From NCBI GenBank assembly GCA_037381445.1, contig JARRQT010000043.1, positions 1-28,664 on the forward strand: 28,664 nt of DNA. Direction: 5' to 3'. Origin of the DNA: Calditrichia bacterium. Its GTDB lineage: Bacteria > Calditrichota > Calditrichia > RBG-13-44-9. The translations under genes and the position numbers were made by a program. The notes beneath the pieces are model-generated. The model searched no databases, was not told the origin of the DNA, and saw nothing but the letters and a program-made list of their open reading frames with translations. Shown in pieces: positions 11,077-20,963 of the stretch. Each line of letters starts with the position of its first letter. Position 1 is the first letter of the stretch.

Positions 11077-11113
11077 AAATGCAATCCTTCCAATATCATA
11101 AGTGCTTTTTGTC

Positions 11114-11527
11114 CTAAATTCTGCCGAGATAATTCAGATATTCAATTTTCCAGCAGCGGTCCATGACCACATCCAGCCCGGCATGAAGGGCATATTCCGC
11201 GGCTGCTTCACTGACAACTCCCAGTTGCATCCAGATTGCCTTCGCACCAACTTTGACGGCCTCCTCCGCAATAGGAAGGACATATTCCGATCTTCTAAAG
11301 ATATCAACCAGGTCAACTCTTTCCGGAATTTCCGAAAGAGAAGGATAACACTTCAATCCCAGCACTTCATCTACATTCGGATTGACCGGATAGATTTGGT
11401 AACCCCGATCCTTCATAAATTTTGCGATTCTGAATGAGTCCCGGTAAGGTTTATCCGAGATTCCGACAACTGCAATTTTCCGGCAATTGTTTAATATCTC
11501 AGGAATATTTTGGTTTATTTCTTTCAT
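11114..11527 (-). CDS. CoA-binding protein (YccU family)
   Basis: IAVVGISDKPYRDS, PVNP, DLVDIFR, IWMQLG, VVMDRC; ATG 11527 preferred over TTG 11548. Confidence 0.93.
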   Translation of the reverse strand: MKEINQNIPEILNNCRKIAVVGISDKPYRDSFRIAKFMKDRGYQIYPVNPNVDEVLGLKCYPSLSEIPERVDLVDIFRRSEYVLPIAEEAVKVGAKAIWMQLGVVSEAAAEYALHAGLDVVMDRCWKIEYLNYLGRI

Positions 11528-11815
11528 GTTCGATTCTGTACCTTCCAATCAGTGCATCAACAAAAAGTTCAACAACAAATTTAGTAAGAGCTGAAACGGA
11601 AACAAATCTCATAATTTTTTCTTCCCGGTCCGACGATGGGAATTATATTCCGCTTCATACGCTTCTATATTGAACTCAATAATTGATTGCCGGAAAAGCA
11701 AATCCCGAATACACTCCAATTTGCATAAATTACAATTGATTCCGATTCTTTTTGGTTTTATCCCGATTTTTAGCTAATTTTGGGTGAATTGCAAAAAATA
11801 CAATCCGGAGAATCA

Positions 11816-12583
<768 letters not shown>

Positions 12584-12599
12584 AAACTGACGAGAGCTT

Positions 12600-14446
12600 A
12601 TGCTAATCAATCTGGTAGGATTATTACTCGGATTTTCCATTACCATACATTTGTGGATTATCTATTCTCTCTACCGTCAGAAGATATCCTCATTATTTAT
12701 TCCCCTCTATATCTACCTGAATATTCTCTTGCTGGTCATTGAGGGAAGTGCAATCTTCCTTCTGGATCAATCTCTGGGCGGATTTGAGTCTACCATATTT
12801 AAAATCCGGTTTATCGCCCAGGTTTTTATCCCCCCGTTGCTTTTCCATATGAATCAAACCTATTCGCTGAGCAAGGAGCTCCCAAAATTCACCCCTAAGA
12901 ACATTGTTTTCTTTGCGATTAGTCTCGCACTGAGCGCACTGGTCATCACCGGAGTCATGATTAAAGGTTCTTACATTCAGAACGGGGTATCCTATCCGCT
13001 TTACAATTCGCTGTACTGGTTGTTTCTTCTCTATTTCTACGCGACCTTTTATTATCTCTTAAGCGATTTTGTCCGGAAATACCGGAATGAAAAAAGAAAG
13101 CCGGAGGCAGCAACTTTAAGGACCTTCATCAATATCATTATGCCGATCACATTTTTCCTATTCTCCATTCTGGACCTCCTTCCCTTCTGGGGAATAATTC
13201 ACCCATCTTTTTTTCTGGCATATCCGGTCTTTACGGGCATATTCCTGGTCGTGGCCTTTAATTTCAATCTATTCGGTTACCAGGAATATATTTTAAATTC
13301 ATTTCTCTATTTCATATTTTCGATTTTCATCATCATCCTCATTTCCGTTCTTCCGCTGCAGCTCAACACATTGATTTTTTGGCTGATTATCCCGGCACTT
13401 ATTGTTGGATTTTTCCTTTTCAATGAATTACAGAACAGGGCCAAAAGGTTTATTCAAAAACAAAATGAAGAGTATGACTATGATTTGGAAGCCGAACTGG
13501 AAAGTTTTGTGGGGGACATCGGCAAATATACCCGATTATCGAAAAGCTGGAGTTGGGTCATTCCATTCTCAATAAATTCGAATTCCCGGTGGATTCCAGT
13601 ATTTCTCAAATGATGGAGCGCTACAAAATTTACCTGGGAATTCCGTTGATCAACCAGGAAAATCTGATGGGTTTCGTGTTTCTGGGCGGCGACAGGAAAT
13701 CAATGCGTTTTCTGGACAAAGACCTGCGTTTCGCCAGATTTCTCTCCGTACAGGGCGCAAATGCCCTGCGAAATATTCAGGCGATTCAAAGCGCCGTTCA
13801 GGCCCAGAAGATGGCGGATTTGGGCCTGCTGGCCTCCCAGCTCGCCCATGATTTCCAGTCTTTCATCACGCTGGTTAAGCTGGACGCCGAAACTGACAGC
13901 AGACTTCGTAACCATGCCGCCTACATGGAAAAGCTGGTTCAGGACTTGCTGAATTATGCCCGTCCACAGGATTTGCGGCTTGCTTCCGTGAATATCAATC
14001 AACTCATAGATATGACATTGGATCTGGTTAATATCCCCTCGGACATTGTGGTGGAAAAACATTACTCGGTCAGCATTCCGGAAATCAATGTGGATGGAAA
14101 TCAGATGCGAAGGGTATTTTTAAATCTGTTTGAAAACAGTATCCGCTCGATGAAAAACGGTGGGGGAAGAATCAAAATCAGCACCCGCCCGCTTCGCCCC
14201 ATTTCAAAAGTAAAAAGAAATCCCTGGATTTATATAGAAATTCTCGATGAAGGGATCGGTATTCCTGAAGAATTTTTGGAGAAGGTATTCGAGCCATTTT
14301 TTACCACGCGAAAGCATGAAGGTGGTAACGGAATGGGTCTGGCCATGGTGAAACAGACCATCACCCGGCATAAGGGATTTATCGATGTAACAAGCAAAGT
14401 TGGAAAAGGAACCGTTTTCAATATCCGGTTGCCATATCTGATATAG
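12600..14446 (+). pseudogene. Multi-TM sensor histidine kinase, split by a frameshift or deletion near 13530 (possibly an assembly artefact)
   Basis: ORF 12600..13613 is the multi-TM N-terminus. ORF 13553..14446, in another frame, has a partial GAF-like region, H-box LAHDF, N-box NLFEN, DEGIGI, FEPFFTT and GMGL. Confidence 0.75.
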
Positions 14447-14455
14447 GTGGAATGA

Positions 14456-15799
14456 ATGGATGATTCTCAAAAAATTCTGATTGTTGAAGATAGTGTCATA
14501 TGGGCGGAAAGTTACAAACGCTGGATCGGCCAGCAGCATGAGATAAAACTGGCATTCAATAAGACGGAAGCGCTTGAATACCACGAAAACTTCCGGCCGG
14601 ACCTGATTATTCTCGATCTGGGGCTTCCGCAGATCCAGGACGGTATGGATTTGCTGGACCAATTTGTAAAGCAGGGCTATGACGCTCAAATAATCGTGGT
14701 GACCTCGTTTAAGGAACATAGCTATGCTTTGGAAGCCCAGCGCCGGGGAGCGTACTCCTATTTTTCCAAAGGTGAAAATATTGAAGAGGAATTGCCCTAT
14801 CTTGTCAAACAGGCTCTGAGAATGCAGAAACTGGAACGGGAGAACAAGGACCTCCGTTCGAAATTAAAAGATCATATCAAATTTGATAACATCGTCGCCA
14901 TCAGCCAACCCATGCAAAAATTGCTTCATCTGGTGGAGAAAGTGAAGAGCAGCTCAGAGCCAATTTTGATAACCGGAGAATCCGGGGTAGGCAAAGAAGT
15001 TCTGGCAAGGCACATTTTCGATAGAAGCACTAAATTCAAACGAAATTTTGTAGCCATCAACTGTGCCGCGCTGCCGGCCAATTTGCTGGAAAGCGAGATG
15101 TTCGGATACGAAAAAGGCGCATTTACCGGTGCTGTCAAATCCACTCGCGGCAAATTTGAACTGGCCCATGAAGGAACGATATTTCTCGACGAAATTGGCG
15201 ATATGCCATCCGAACTTCAGGCAAAGCTACTGCGCGTGCTGGAAACCAAAAAGTTTTTCCGGTTGGGCGGGGAGAAAGAGATTCAGGTTGATTTCCGGTT
15301 GATCACCGCCACCAACAAGAACCTGTTGGAGCAAATCAAAGATAACAAATTCCGGGAAGACCTTTATTACCGCATCAATGTGATTCCTATGAACATTCTG
15401 CCACTGCGGGAAAGACCCGACGACATTCCCGCCATAATAAACTTCATTGTGGAAAGGTTTTGTGAGGAAAACAATATTTCAATACCCAAAATTACCAGCC
15501 GCGCTATTGCCTTCCTGGCCCATCTCCGCTGGGAGGGAAATGTGCGGGAACTGGAAAATACGGTCAAGCGCCTGATTATAACCAAATCGGATTACATCGA
15601 TCTCCCGGACTTACCCCCGGATATCATTGAAGAATCGGAAAGTTTTCTGGATAAGGCGCTGGCCAATGAACTGACCCTGGAAGAAGTTTCAAAACTCTAT
15701 ACCAAAATGGTTTTGGAACTGAAAAAGGGCAATAAAAAGGAAGCCTGCAAGCTTCTTAACATCAATTACCGGACATTAATGAGCAAATTAAACGGTTAA
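14456..15799 (+). CDS. Sigma-54-dependent response regulator (NtrC family)
   Basis: Intact receiver (VED, LDLGLP, K), Walker A GESGVGKE, GAFTGA, FLDEIG, FREDLYYRI, GNVREL and Fis-type HTH. Confidence 0.96.
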   Translation: MDDSQKILIVEDSVIWAESYKRWIGQQHEIKLAFNKTEALEYHENFRPDLIILDLGLPQIQDGMDLLDQFVKQGYDAQIIVVTSFKEHSYALEAQRRGAYSYFSKGENIEEELPYLVKQALRMQKLERENKDLRSKLKDHIKFDNIVAISQPMQKLLHLVEKVKSSSEPILITGESGVGKEVLARHIFDRSTKFKRNFVAINCAALPANLLESEMFGYEKGAFTGAVKSTRGKFELAHEGTIFLDEIGDMPSELQAKLLRVLETKKFFRLGGEKEIQVDFRLITATNKNLLEQIKDNKFREDLYYRINVIPMNILPLRERPDDIPAIINFIVERFCEENNISIPKITSRAIAFLAHLRWEGNVRELENTVKRLIITKSDYIDLPDLPPDIIEESESFLDKALANELTLEEVSKLYTKMVLELKKGNKKEACKLLNINYRTLMSKLNG

Positions 15800-15803
15800 T
15801 AAA

Positions 15804-15849
15804 TTGTAGAATCTGCAATCTGCATAATATGTCATTGTATTCTTTGCAA
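15804..15849. promoter_or_regulatory. Tandem enhancer-like operator sites TTGTA-N5-TGCAA
   Basis: TTGTAGAATCTGCAA at 15804-15818 and TTGTATTCTTTGCAA at 15835-15849, 31 bp apart. Confidence 0.65.
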
Positions 15850-15952
15850 CTGTATTTTTGAATATCCCCACTTATCTTAAATAAATACAAACACATATAA
15901 TGGTAATGTTAGGTAAGCCACCTATTAACAATAGCTTATGGCCACTTTTTTC

Positions 15953-15968
15953 TGGCAAGGTTATTGAT
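15953..15968 (+). promoter_or_regulatory. Sigma-54 (-24/-12) promoter
   Basis: TGGCAAGGTTATTGAT versus consensus TGGCAC-N5-TTGCW; correct GG-N10 spacing with GA in place of GC at -12. Confidence 0.6.
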
Positions 15969-16024
15969 CATATAGGAGTAGTGGTTGAAGGATGAAAATT
16001 TAATTTTAGCGGAGGATAAAACTA

Positions 16025-16399
16025 ATGAAAGTTCTTGTTTACGAAACCAGCAAAGACAGAGCAAAACTTATTCAGGATTTATTGGGGAGTTACCGGTATA
16101 AAGTATTCTGCAAATACGATAATGACTCGTCCATGAACGATATTCTCGAAATTAAACCTTCTCTCATTATTATGAACGTGAATCATCGGTCTCATTTTGA
16201 ACTGTTAGATAAGTTAAAGAAACACAGCCGGCTTTCACAAATCCCGATTATCCTGATTTCAAACTTTAACTCCAAGGAAATTATTGAAAAAATCAGCCAA
16301 TTGCCGAACGTAGATTATCTCGTGGAGCCTTTTAAAATCAAGAATTTTAGGCACATGGTAGAGCGTTGGATTACATTCAGGAGCCTTTACGTAAACTAA
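16025..16399 (+). CDS. Atypical stand-alone receiver-domain protein lacking the phosphoacceptor Asp
   Basis: CheY-like pattern (KVLVYE, KPSLIIMNV, IPIILIS, DYLVEPF); GGAGG SD. Confidence 0.85.
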   Translation: MKVLVYETSKDRAKLIQDLLGSYRYKVFCKYDNDSSMNDILEIKPSLIIMNVNHRSHFELLDKLKKHSRLSQIPIILISNFNSKEIIEKISQLPNVDYLVEPFKIKNFRHMVERWITFRSLYVN

Positions 16400-16449
16400 T
16401 GGATTGGTTTATAAACAAAGAATTATTCATCAATATTTTTGAGATTCAT

Positions 16450-17436
16450 TTATTTGTTTTGTTTACCGGTGTGGTGATCGCCCGTTTCATTTCCTACATA
16501 AATAAAGCGCTCAAGTAAATTGTTATAGCGGGTCCACTCACTTTCCGGAACACGATCATATTTGATGATGCGTGTCGTTGCATTCGCACTGACGTCAACC
16601 TCATCCAGCAAATTCAGCAGAATGCCTTCGAGAGTCATCGGCATAACTGCCGAAGTTTTTTCACGGTTTCCTTCGTGACTCAGGATCAGATGAAGAAGTT
16701 GGAGCCTCAAATTTTCCGGGAAATTTTCAATCTGGGCAATGGCAGAATGGACCATCTGATAGCCCAGGACAACATGCCCGATAAGCCGTCCCTCCGTTGT
16801 ATAATCAATAAAGCCATAATAATCGTGCTCCCTGTCATTACCGATGTTATGCAATATAATTGCGGATTTGAACAGATCCTTCTGAATTGCCGGGTAGTGG
16901 TCTATCAGAACATCCGACAAATCCAGCAGGCAAACCAGATGTTCCAGAGAACCATACAGGTAATTGTGATGCCACAACTTTCCGGATGGCATTTTGAGAT
17001 AGCTTTCCAGCGAATCATCATCAGGCAGAATAATTTGCAATAATTCCTGAAGGTGTTCATTTTCTATCGCCTGAAGATGTTTGGAAAATTTTTCCTTCAG
17101 AAGCTTTACATCCTTCTGGCTTACTGGGACCATTTCCTCAATTTTTGCTTCCTCCTCTTTTGTTGCTATGCGAATTCTTTCTACATGTAGCTCCTTTCTT
17201 TCCATGTAATTTTGAATCTTTCCCTTAATTTTAACAAGCTGCCCTGCCTTTAGATTCCCGTAATATTCTTCTGCTCCCCTCCAGATTTTCGCCGGCATGC
17301 GGCCGCTTTTGTCCCCCAAATCCAGGCTGAGATAGGCTTTGCCATCATGCTTGTACTTTAGCTCGGTCTTTCTGATAATGCAGAAACCAGTAAACGAATC
17401 ACCCACATCAAAAGACTTTAATCCGTCCTTTCCCAT
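16450..17436 (-). CDS. yhaM: YhaM/Cbf1-family OB-fold + HD-domain 3'-5' exoribonuclease homolog
   Basis: OB fold (YLSLDLGDKSG...AKIW), HHNY..GSLEH, ILHNIG, EGRLIGH, LHLILSH. Confidence 0.8.
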   Translation of the reverse strand: MGKDGLKSFDVGDSFTGFCIIRKTELKYKHDGKAYLSLDLGDKSGRMPAKIWRGAEEYYGNLKAGQLVKIKGKIQNYMERKELHVERIRIATKEEEAKIEEMVPVSQKDVKLLKEKFSKHLQAIENEHLQELLQIILPDDDSLESYLKMPSGKLWHHNYLYGSLEHLVCLLDLSDVLIDHYPAIQKDLFKSAIILHNIGNDREHDYYGFIDYTTEGRLIGHVVLGYQMVHSAIAQIENFPENLRLQLLHLILSHEGNREKTSAVMPMTLEGILLNLLDEVDVSANATTRIIKYDRVPESEWTRYNNLLERFIYVGNETGDHHTGKQNK

Positions 17437-17673
17437 TTTGAATCCTCCTGATTTTCAATTCAAAAGATTTTGTCGATAGACAAATAGAGTGAAAAACGGT
17501 TAAAACCTTGACAATAGTTTTTAAATCAAATTGATCTCATGGATATGCTGAGCTTCTACCGCAACGGAACAATAAATTATAATAAAATCCTGGTTAAAAT
17601 GCCATAGGGCAGACGTTAAAATTTCAAGTGGTTGTTTAAAGGCGGGATGTAATCTAAATTCGTTCTGACAATT

Positions 17674-18186
17674 ATGGGAATTAATATGATTTTGGGTCTG
17701 ATTTCGGATACACATAATAAACTGCCGGAGGATGTTTTAGCGGCATTGAGCGGTGTGGACCTGATATTGCATGCAGGAGATATCGGTGAATTGGTTATTT
17801 TAGACAGGCTGAAGGAAATTGCACCTCTCCAGGCAGTTTACGGGAATACGGATATCTATTCCATCGCATCCATCATCCCGTCTAAATTGTCCCTGTATTT
17901 GGAGGATCTGGAGATTCTTCTTCTCCATAATATCGGGAACGTAAAGAATTTTTCCTGGAAAATTGCCCGGGGGGATTATCAACCGGTGCCCGATATCGTA
18001 ATCTTCGGTCACACACATTCACCATTTTTCCAGAAATACGGCAACTGCTATTTTGCTAATCCGGGAAGCGCCGCTCTGCCACGGGGAGGTATTGCCCCCA
18101 CCGTGATGCGCCTGGAAATTAAAAAAGGGAAAATTCTGGGGCATAAATTGATTAAATTGAGACAGGACTCTTCAAGCGCCAAATAA
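17674..18186 (+). CDS. Metallophosphoesterase (YfcE/MJ0936 family)
   Basis: SDTH, HAGD, GNTD, GHTH, NPGS motifs. The start may be ATG 17686. Confidence 0.92.
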   Translation: MGINMILGLISDTHNKLPEDVLAALSGVDLILHAGDIGELVILDRLKEIAPLQAVYGNTDIYSIASIIPSKLSLYLEDLEILLLHNIGNVKNFSWKIARGDYQPVPDIVIFGHTHSPFFQKYGNCYFANPGSAALPRGGIAPTVMRLEIKKGKILGHKLIKLRQDSSSAK

Positions 18187-18219
18187 AAAAGCCGGACTCT
18201 CACATGAATCCGGCTTCTT
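18185..18219 (-). terminator. Rho-independent terminator between convergent genes, possibly bidirectional
   Basis: AAAAAA-GCCGGA-N12-TCCGGC-TTCTT on the + strand; U6 tail on the minus strand. Confidence 0.8.
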
Positions 18220-18243
18220 AATAAATCTGACCGCCAAATTTAA

Positions 18244-18438
18244 TCAGGCATAGACTTCTTTCTCATTGCATTTGCAGACCTTAAAATTCACGGTCTTATA
18301 TTTCCAGCTGTCTGTCTCATCGGAATGATAGGATTCTACCTTCTTGACAAATGAATAGACATCCCCGCAAACCGGGCAAGCCATACCACTCTTTTGTGCT
18401 TTGGCGACTTTCGAAGCAAAATCTTGTTTCTTTGCCAT
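18244..18438 (-). CDS. Small basic Cys-rich protein, DUF4295/bL38-like
   Basis: AGGAGAG SD; MAKKQDF start, CPVC and CKC; own terminator. The family call is from remembered similarity only. Confidence 0.65.
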   Translation of the reverse strand: MAKKQDFASKVAKAQKSGMACPVCGDVYSFVKKVESYHSDETDSWKYKTVNFKVCKCNEKEVYA

Positions 18439-18553
18439 GTTAATCTCTCCTTCTATCTGCTTTCTTTATTTTCTGACGCTTCTTCCGTTTGGAATTAAAA
18501 TTAATTTTATCGCGTTCTTTTACTTATTGTTGTTCCCCAAAGATTCACTAAAA

Positions 18554-20320
18554 TTAAAATTTCGTGGCAACTTCCTCATTTTCACTATATATGCTAAAAT
18601 TATTCGGGCCTTTCAATCGCGCCTGCTTGATGGCGGCTTCACCGAGCGACAGCACTTCATCTACCTCCGTGGTCATAAACTGGTGCGGCAGCAATCCCAT
18701 ACTGACATATAAATCATAGGCCTGCCCATCGGACCACAACTTTTTCTCCTGAATTTTCCTTAACAGCCTTTCAACCCTTTTCTTTATTTCATTCCCTTCC
18801 AAAGCCGTAGCAATCGCAAAAGTATCAGCAAAAAGATGGAAAATATAATCAGTCTCAGAGATTTCAGGCAAGGCCAAAGATAAAAATTCGTTGACTGTAT
18901 CGGAAAACAGCCTGGCATCGTTTTCTTTCAATTGAAAATAGAGTTTAAAAAACAGCAGGTGCAGGTTTTGCTTTAACTGAGTCGCCCGCTGGATTTCCTT
19001 CGGCATAATAAACTTGAATGCGTTGATATTGGCCAGCTGCGTCTGTGAATCTCTGAAATTATACGTTTTTAATTCGCTCACAGTCCTGGCCGTCATGAAA
19101 ATTGTGGCAGCCTGATTAGCAATCGTCTGCAGAATCCTTTTTTGCTGATCATTAAAATTTTTGGTTTGATTGCTCTCCAGGCAAATAGCACCCAAAACAT
19201 CACTGTTATTGGCAACGGGAACAGAAAGCAAAGAAAAATACTGTTTTGCAGGAGACTCATCGGCACTAAACCGCGGCACGTAATTTTCTTTTGTGGAAAA
19301 ATCCTCGACCAGCAGGGATTGATTCTTTCGGATAACCCAGCCGACTATCCCGTCTTTTAACGAAAACTTCTTGTCTTTCTTCAGGTTGCCGGTGCCCCCT
19401 TCCAGACGGATGATTTTGCCGTATTCCCCATCAACTTTCCCTGCGATAGAAATTCGGTCGCATTGAATAACCTGGGGTATTTTTTGGATCAAATAATTCC
19501 ACAGCTCATCCGGAGTCCGAAGATGATTCATTTCCTGGCTGATTTCAAATAGAATGTTGACTACCCAGTTTTCCGTCTCAAACTCGTAAATTTTGTTGGA
19601 ATCAATTAGCTGGTACGTAATCAACCTGCTGAACTGGTTTAAAATCTCCAGGTCTTCATTGCTATAGGCTTCTTCCACCGCGGAATCGGCGCACAGCACG
19701 CCGATGATAAGGTCCTGAAAAAATATAGGAACGGCCGCAAACGACTTGGCCGGATTTTCACCATTATTATAATATGGCAGTATCTCATTCCCTTCGGGAA
19801 GATGATTCTCAATAAGCGGCGTGCGGTTCCGCAATACCAGGCTGGGTAATCCCTTTAAAATTTCAAAGGAATTCTGGTTAATGAAATGCTCTCCACTGTC
19901 CGAAACACGGCGCCTGATGGTAAATATTTTTTTGGAATAGTTGGCAAAAAGGAGCACGATGGTATCTGAAACAAGTGTCCGTTTGGCGAGCTGAAGCGTG
20001 CTCTCCAGAAATTTCTCAAAGGTTTCTTCTACTTTTTGATCGTTCTGGATTTGCAGCCAATCCTGATTTTCCTCATCCATTTCCGGGAAAGCATCTCCGC
20101 CTTCCTCGGGGGGCCTTTTTTCTAGAATGTTATGAAAATTAATATAGACAAAAGAAATGAATGCGAAGAAAAAGATGACCTTTATGAAGATCCATACCGG
20201 GCTGGAAGGCAAAAACCCTAAAATGAACAGGAAAACAATTCCGGTAAGGATGGCCAAATAGCCGTATTTTGATGTGAAGGTTCCTAAAAGATTTTCAAAC
20301 ATTGAATCCCAAAGCGTCAT
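18554..20320 (-). CDS. Membrane-anchored GAF-GAF protein with degenerate GGDEF domain
   Basis: Two N-terminal TMs, two GAF repeats (AVPIF..IIGVLCAD; SVPV..VLGAICLE), DSQTQLAN and AIKQARLKGPN GGDEF-domain flanks, with FADTF at the active site. The start may be ATG 20302. Confidence 0.85.
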   Translation of the reverse strand: MTLWDSMFENLLGTFTSKYGYLAILTGIVFLFILGFLPSSPVWIFIKVIFFFAFISFVYINFHNILEKRPPEEGGDAFPEMDEENQDWLQIQNDQKVEETFEKFLESTLQLAKRTLVSDTIVLLFANYSKKIFTIRRRVSDSGEHFINQNSFEILKGLPSLVLRNRTPLIENHLPEGNEILPYYNNGENPAKSFAAVPIFFQDLIIGVLCADSAVEEAYSNEDLEILNQFSRLITYQLIDSNKIYEFETENWVVNILFEISQEMNHLRTPDELWNYLIQKIPQVIQCDRISIAGKVDGEYGKIIRLEGGTGNLKKDKKFSLKDGIVGWVIRKNQSLLVEDFSTKENYVPRFSADESPAKQYFSLLSVPVANNSDVLGAICLESNQTKNFNDQQKRILQTIANQAATIFMTARTVSELKTYNFRDSQTQLANINAFKFIMPKEIQRATQLKQNLHLLFFKLYFQLKENDARLFSDTVNEFLSLALPEISETDYIFHLFADTFAIATALEGNEIKKRVERLLRKIQEKKLWSDGQAYDLYVSMGLLPHQFMTTEVDEVLSLGEAAIKQARLKGPNNFSIYSENEEVATKF

Positions 20321-20321
20321 T

Positions 20322-20358
20322 ATTTAATGGCAAATTTAGATAAAATTTGCCATTAAAT
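20322..20358. repeat. Perfect 16-bp inverted repeat
   Basis: ATTTAATGGCAAATTT-AGATA-AAATTTGCCATTAAAT. Confidence 0.9.
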
Positions 20359-20412
20359 CCAACAAAAATTCAATTATCTCGACTATGGATGGGAGGTAAA
20401 AATCGCCAGGTG

Positions 20413-20943
20413 CTACTGCTGCTCACCCACCAGTTTCATACCGTCTTCTTTGATCTGCATACTGTCATTGCGCAGTGAATCACCCGTAATCAGCGTTTTG
20501 CTTTCGTAGTCTTGAGAAACGCCTGATGAAGCTTCAAGTTGTGGGGATGGTTTGGCTCCGGAAAGTTGTGTCGCTGCCTGATTCGGAAAGGGTGCCTGTG
20601 TTGGCTCAATTGAATGATTAAATATAAGAAACATTCCGACCGTGGCCAGTACAAGTGCCGAACCCATGGCAGGCAATTTCCAGTTTTGCCACGGCTGCGG
20701 AAAAAAGCTCGAGCTTCTGCTCAAACCGGATAACTGCCGGTGCAGCCGCTGCTCAAAATCCAGTGAAGTATTTATTTGAGGGAGTTCTCTCATACTTTGT
20801 TGAATCGTTTTGATTTGCCTGAATGTCTCATCGCACTCAACACAAGCGGAGAGATGTGATTCGAGCTCTTTCCTCAATGTTGGCGTAAGATCTCCATCCA
20901 GATAACCGGAGAAATGCATCTTGAATTTGTCACAATCAGACAT
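20413..20943 (-). CDS. Zinc-binding (ZAS/zf-HC2) transmembrane anti-sigma factor
   Basis: YLDGDL...HLSACVEC (HxxxCxxC), one TM, directly downstream of the ECF sigma gene. Confidence 0.9.
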   Translation of the reverse strand: MSDCDKFKMHFSGYLDGDLTPTLRKELESHLSACVECDETFRQIKTIQQSMRELPQINTSLDFEQRLHRQLSGLSRSSSFFPQPWQNWKLPAMGSALVLATVGMFLIFNHSIEPTQAPFPNQAATQLSGAKPSPQLEASSGVSQDYESKTLITGDSLRNDSMQIKEDGMKLVGEQQ

Positions 20944-20963
20944 AAGCAGCCCTTTCCCTAATT

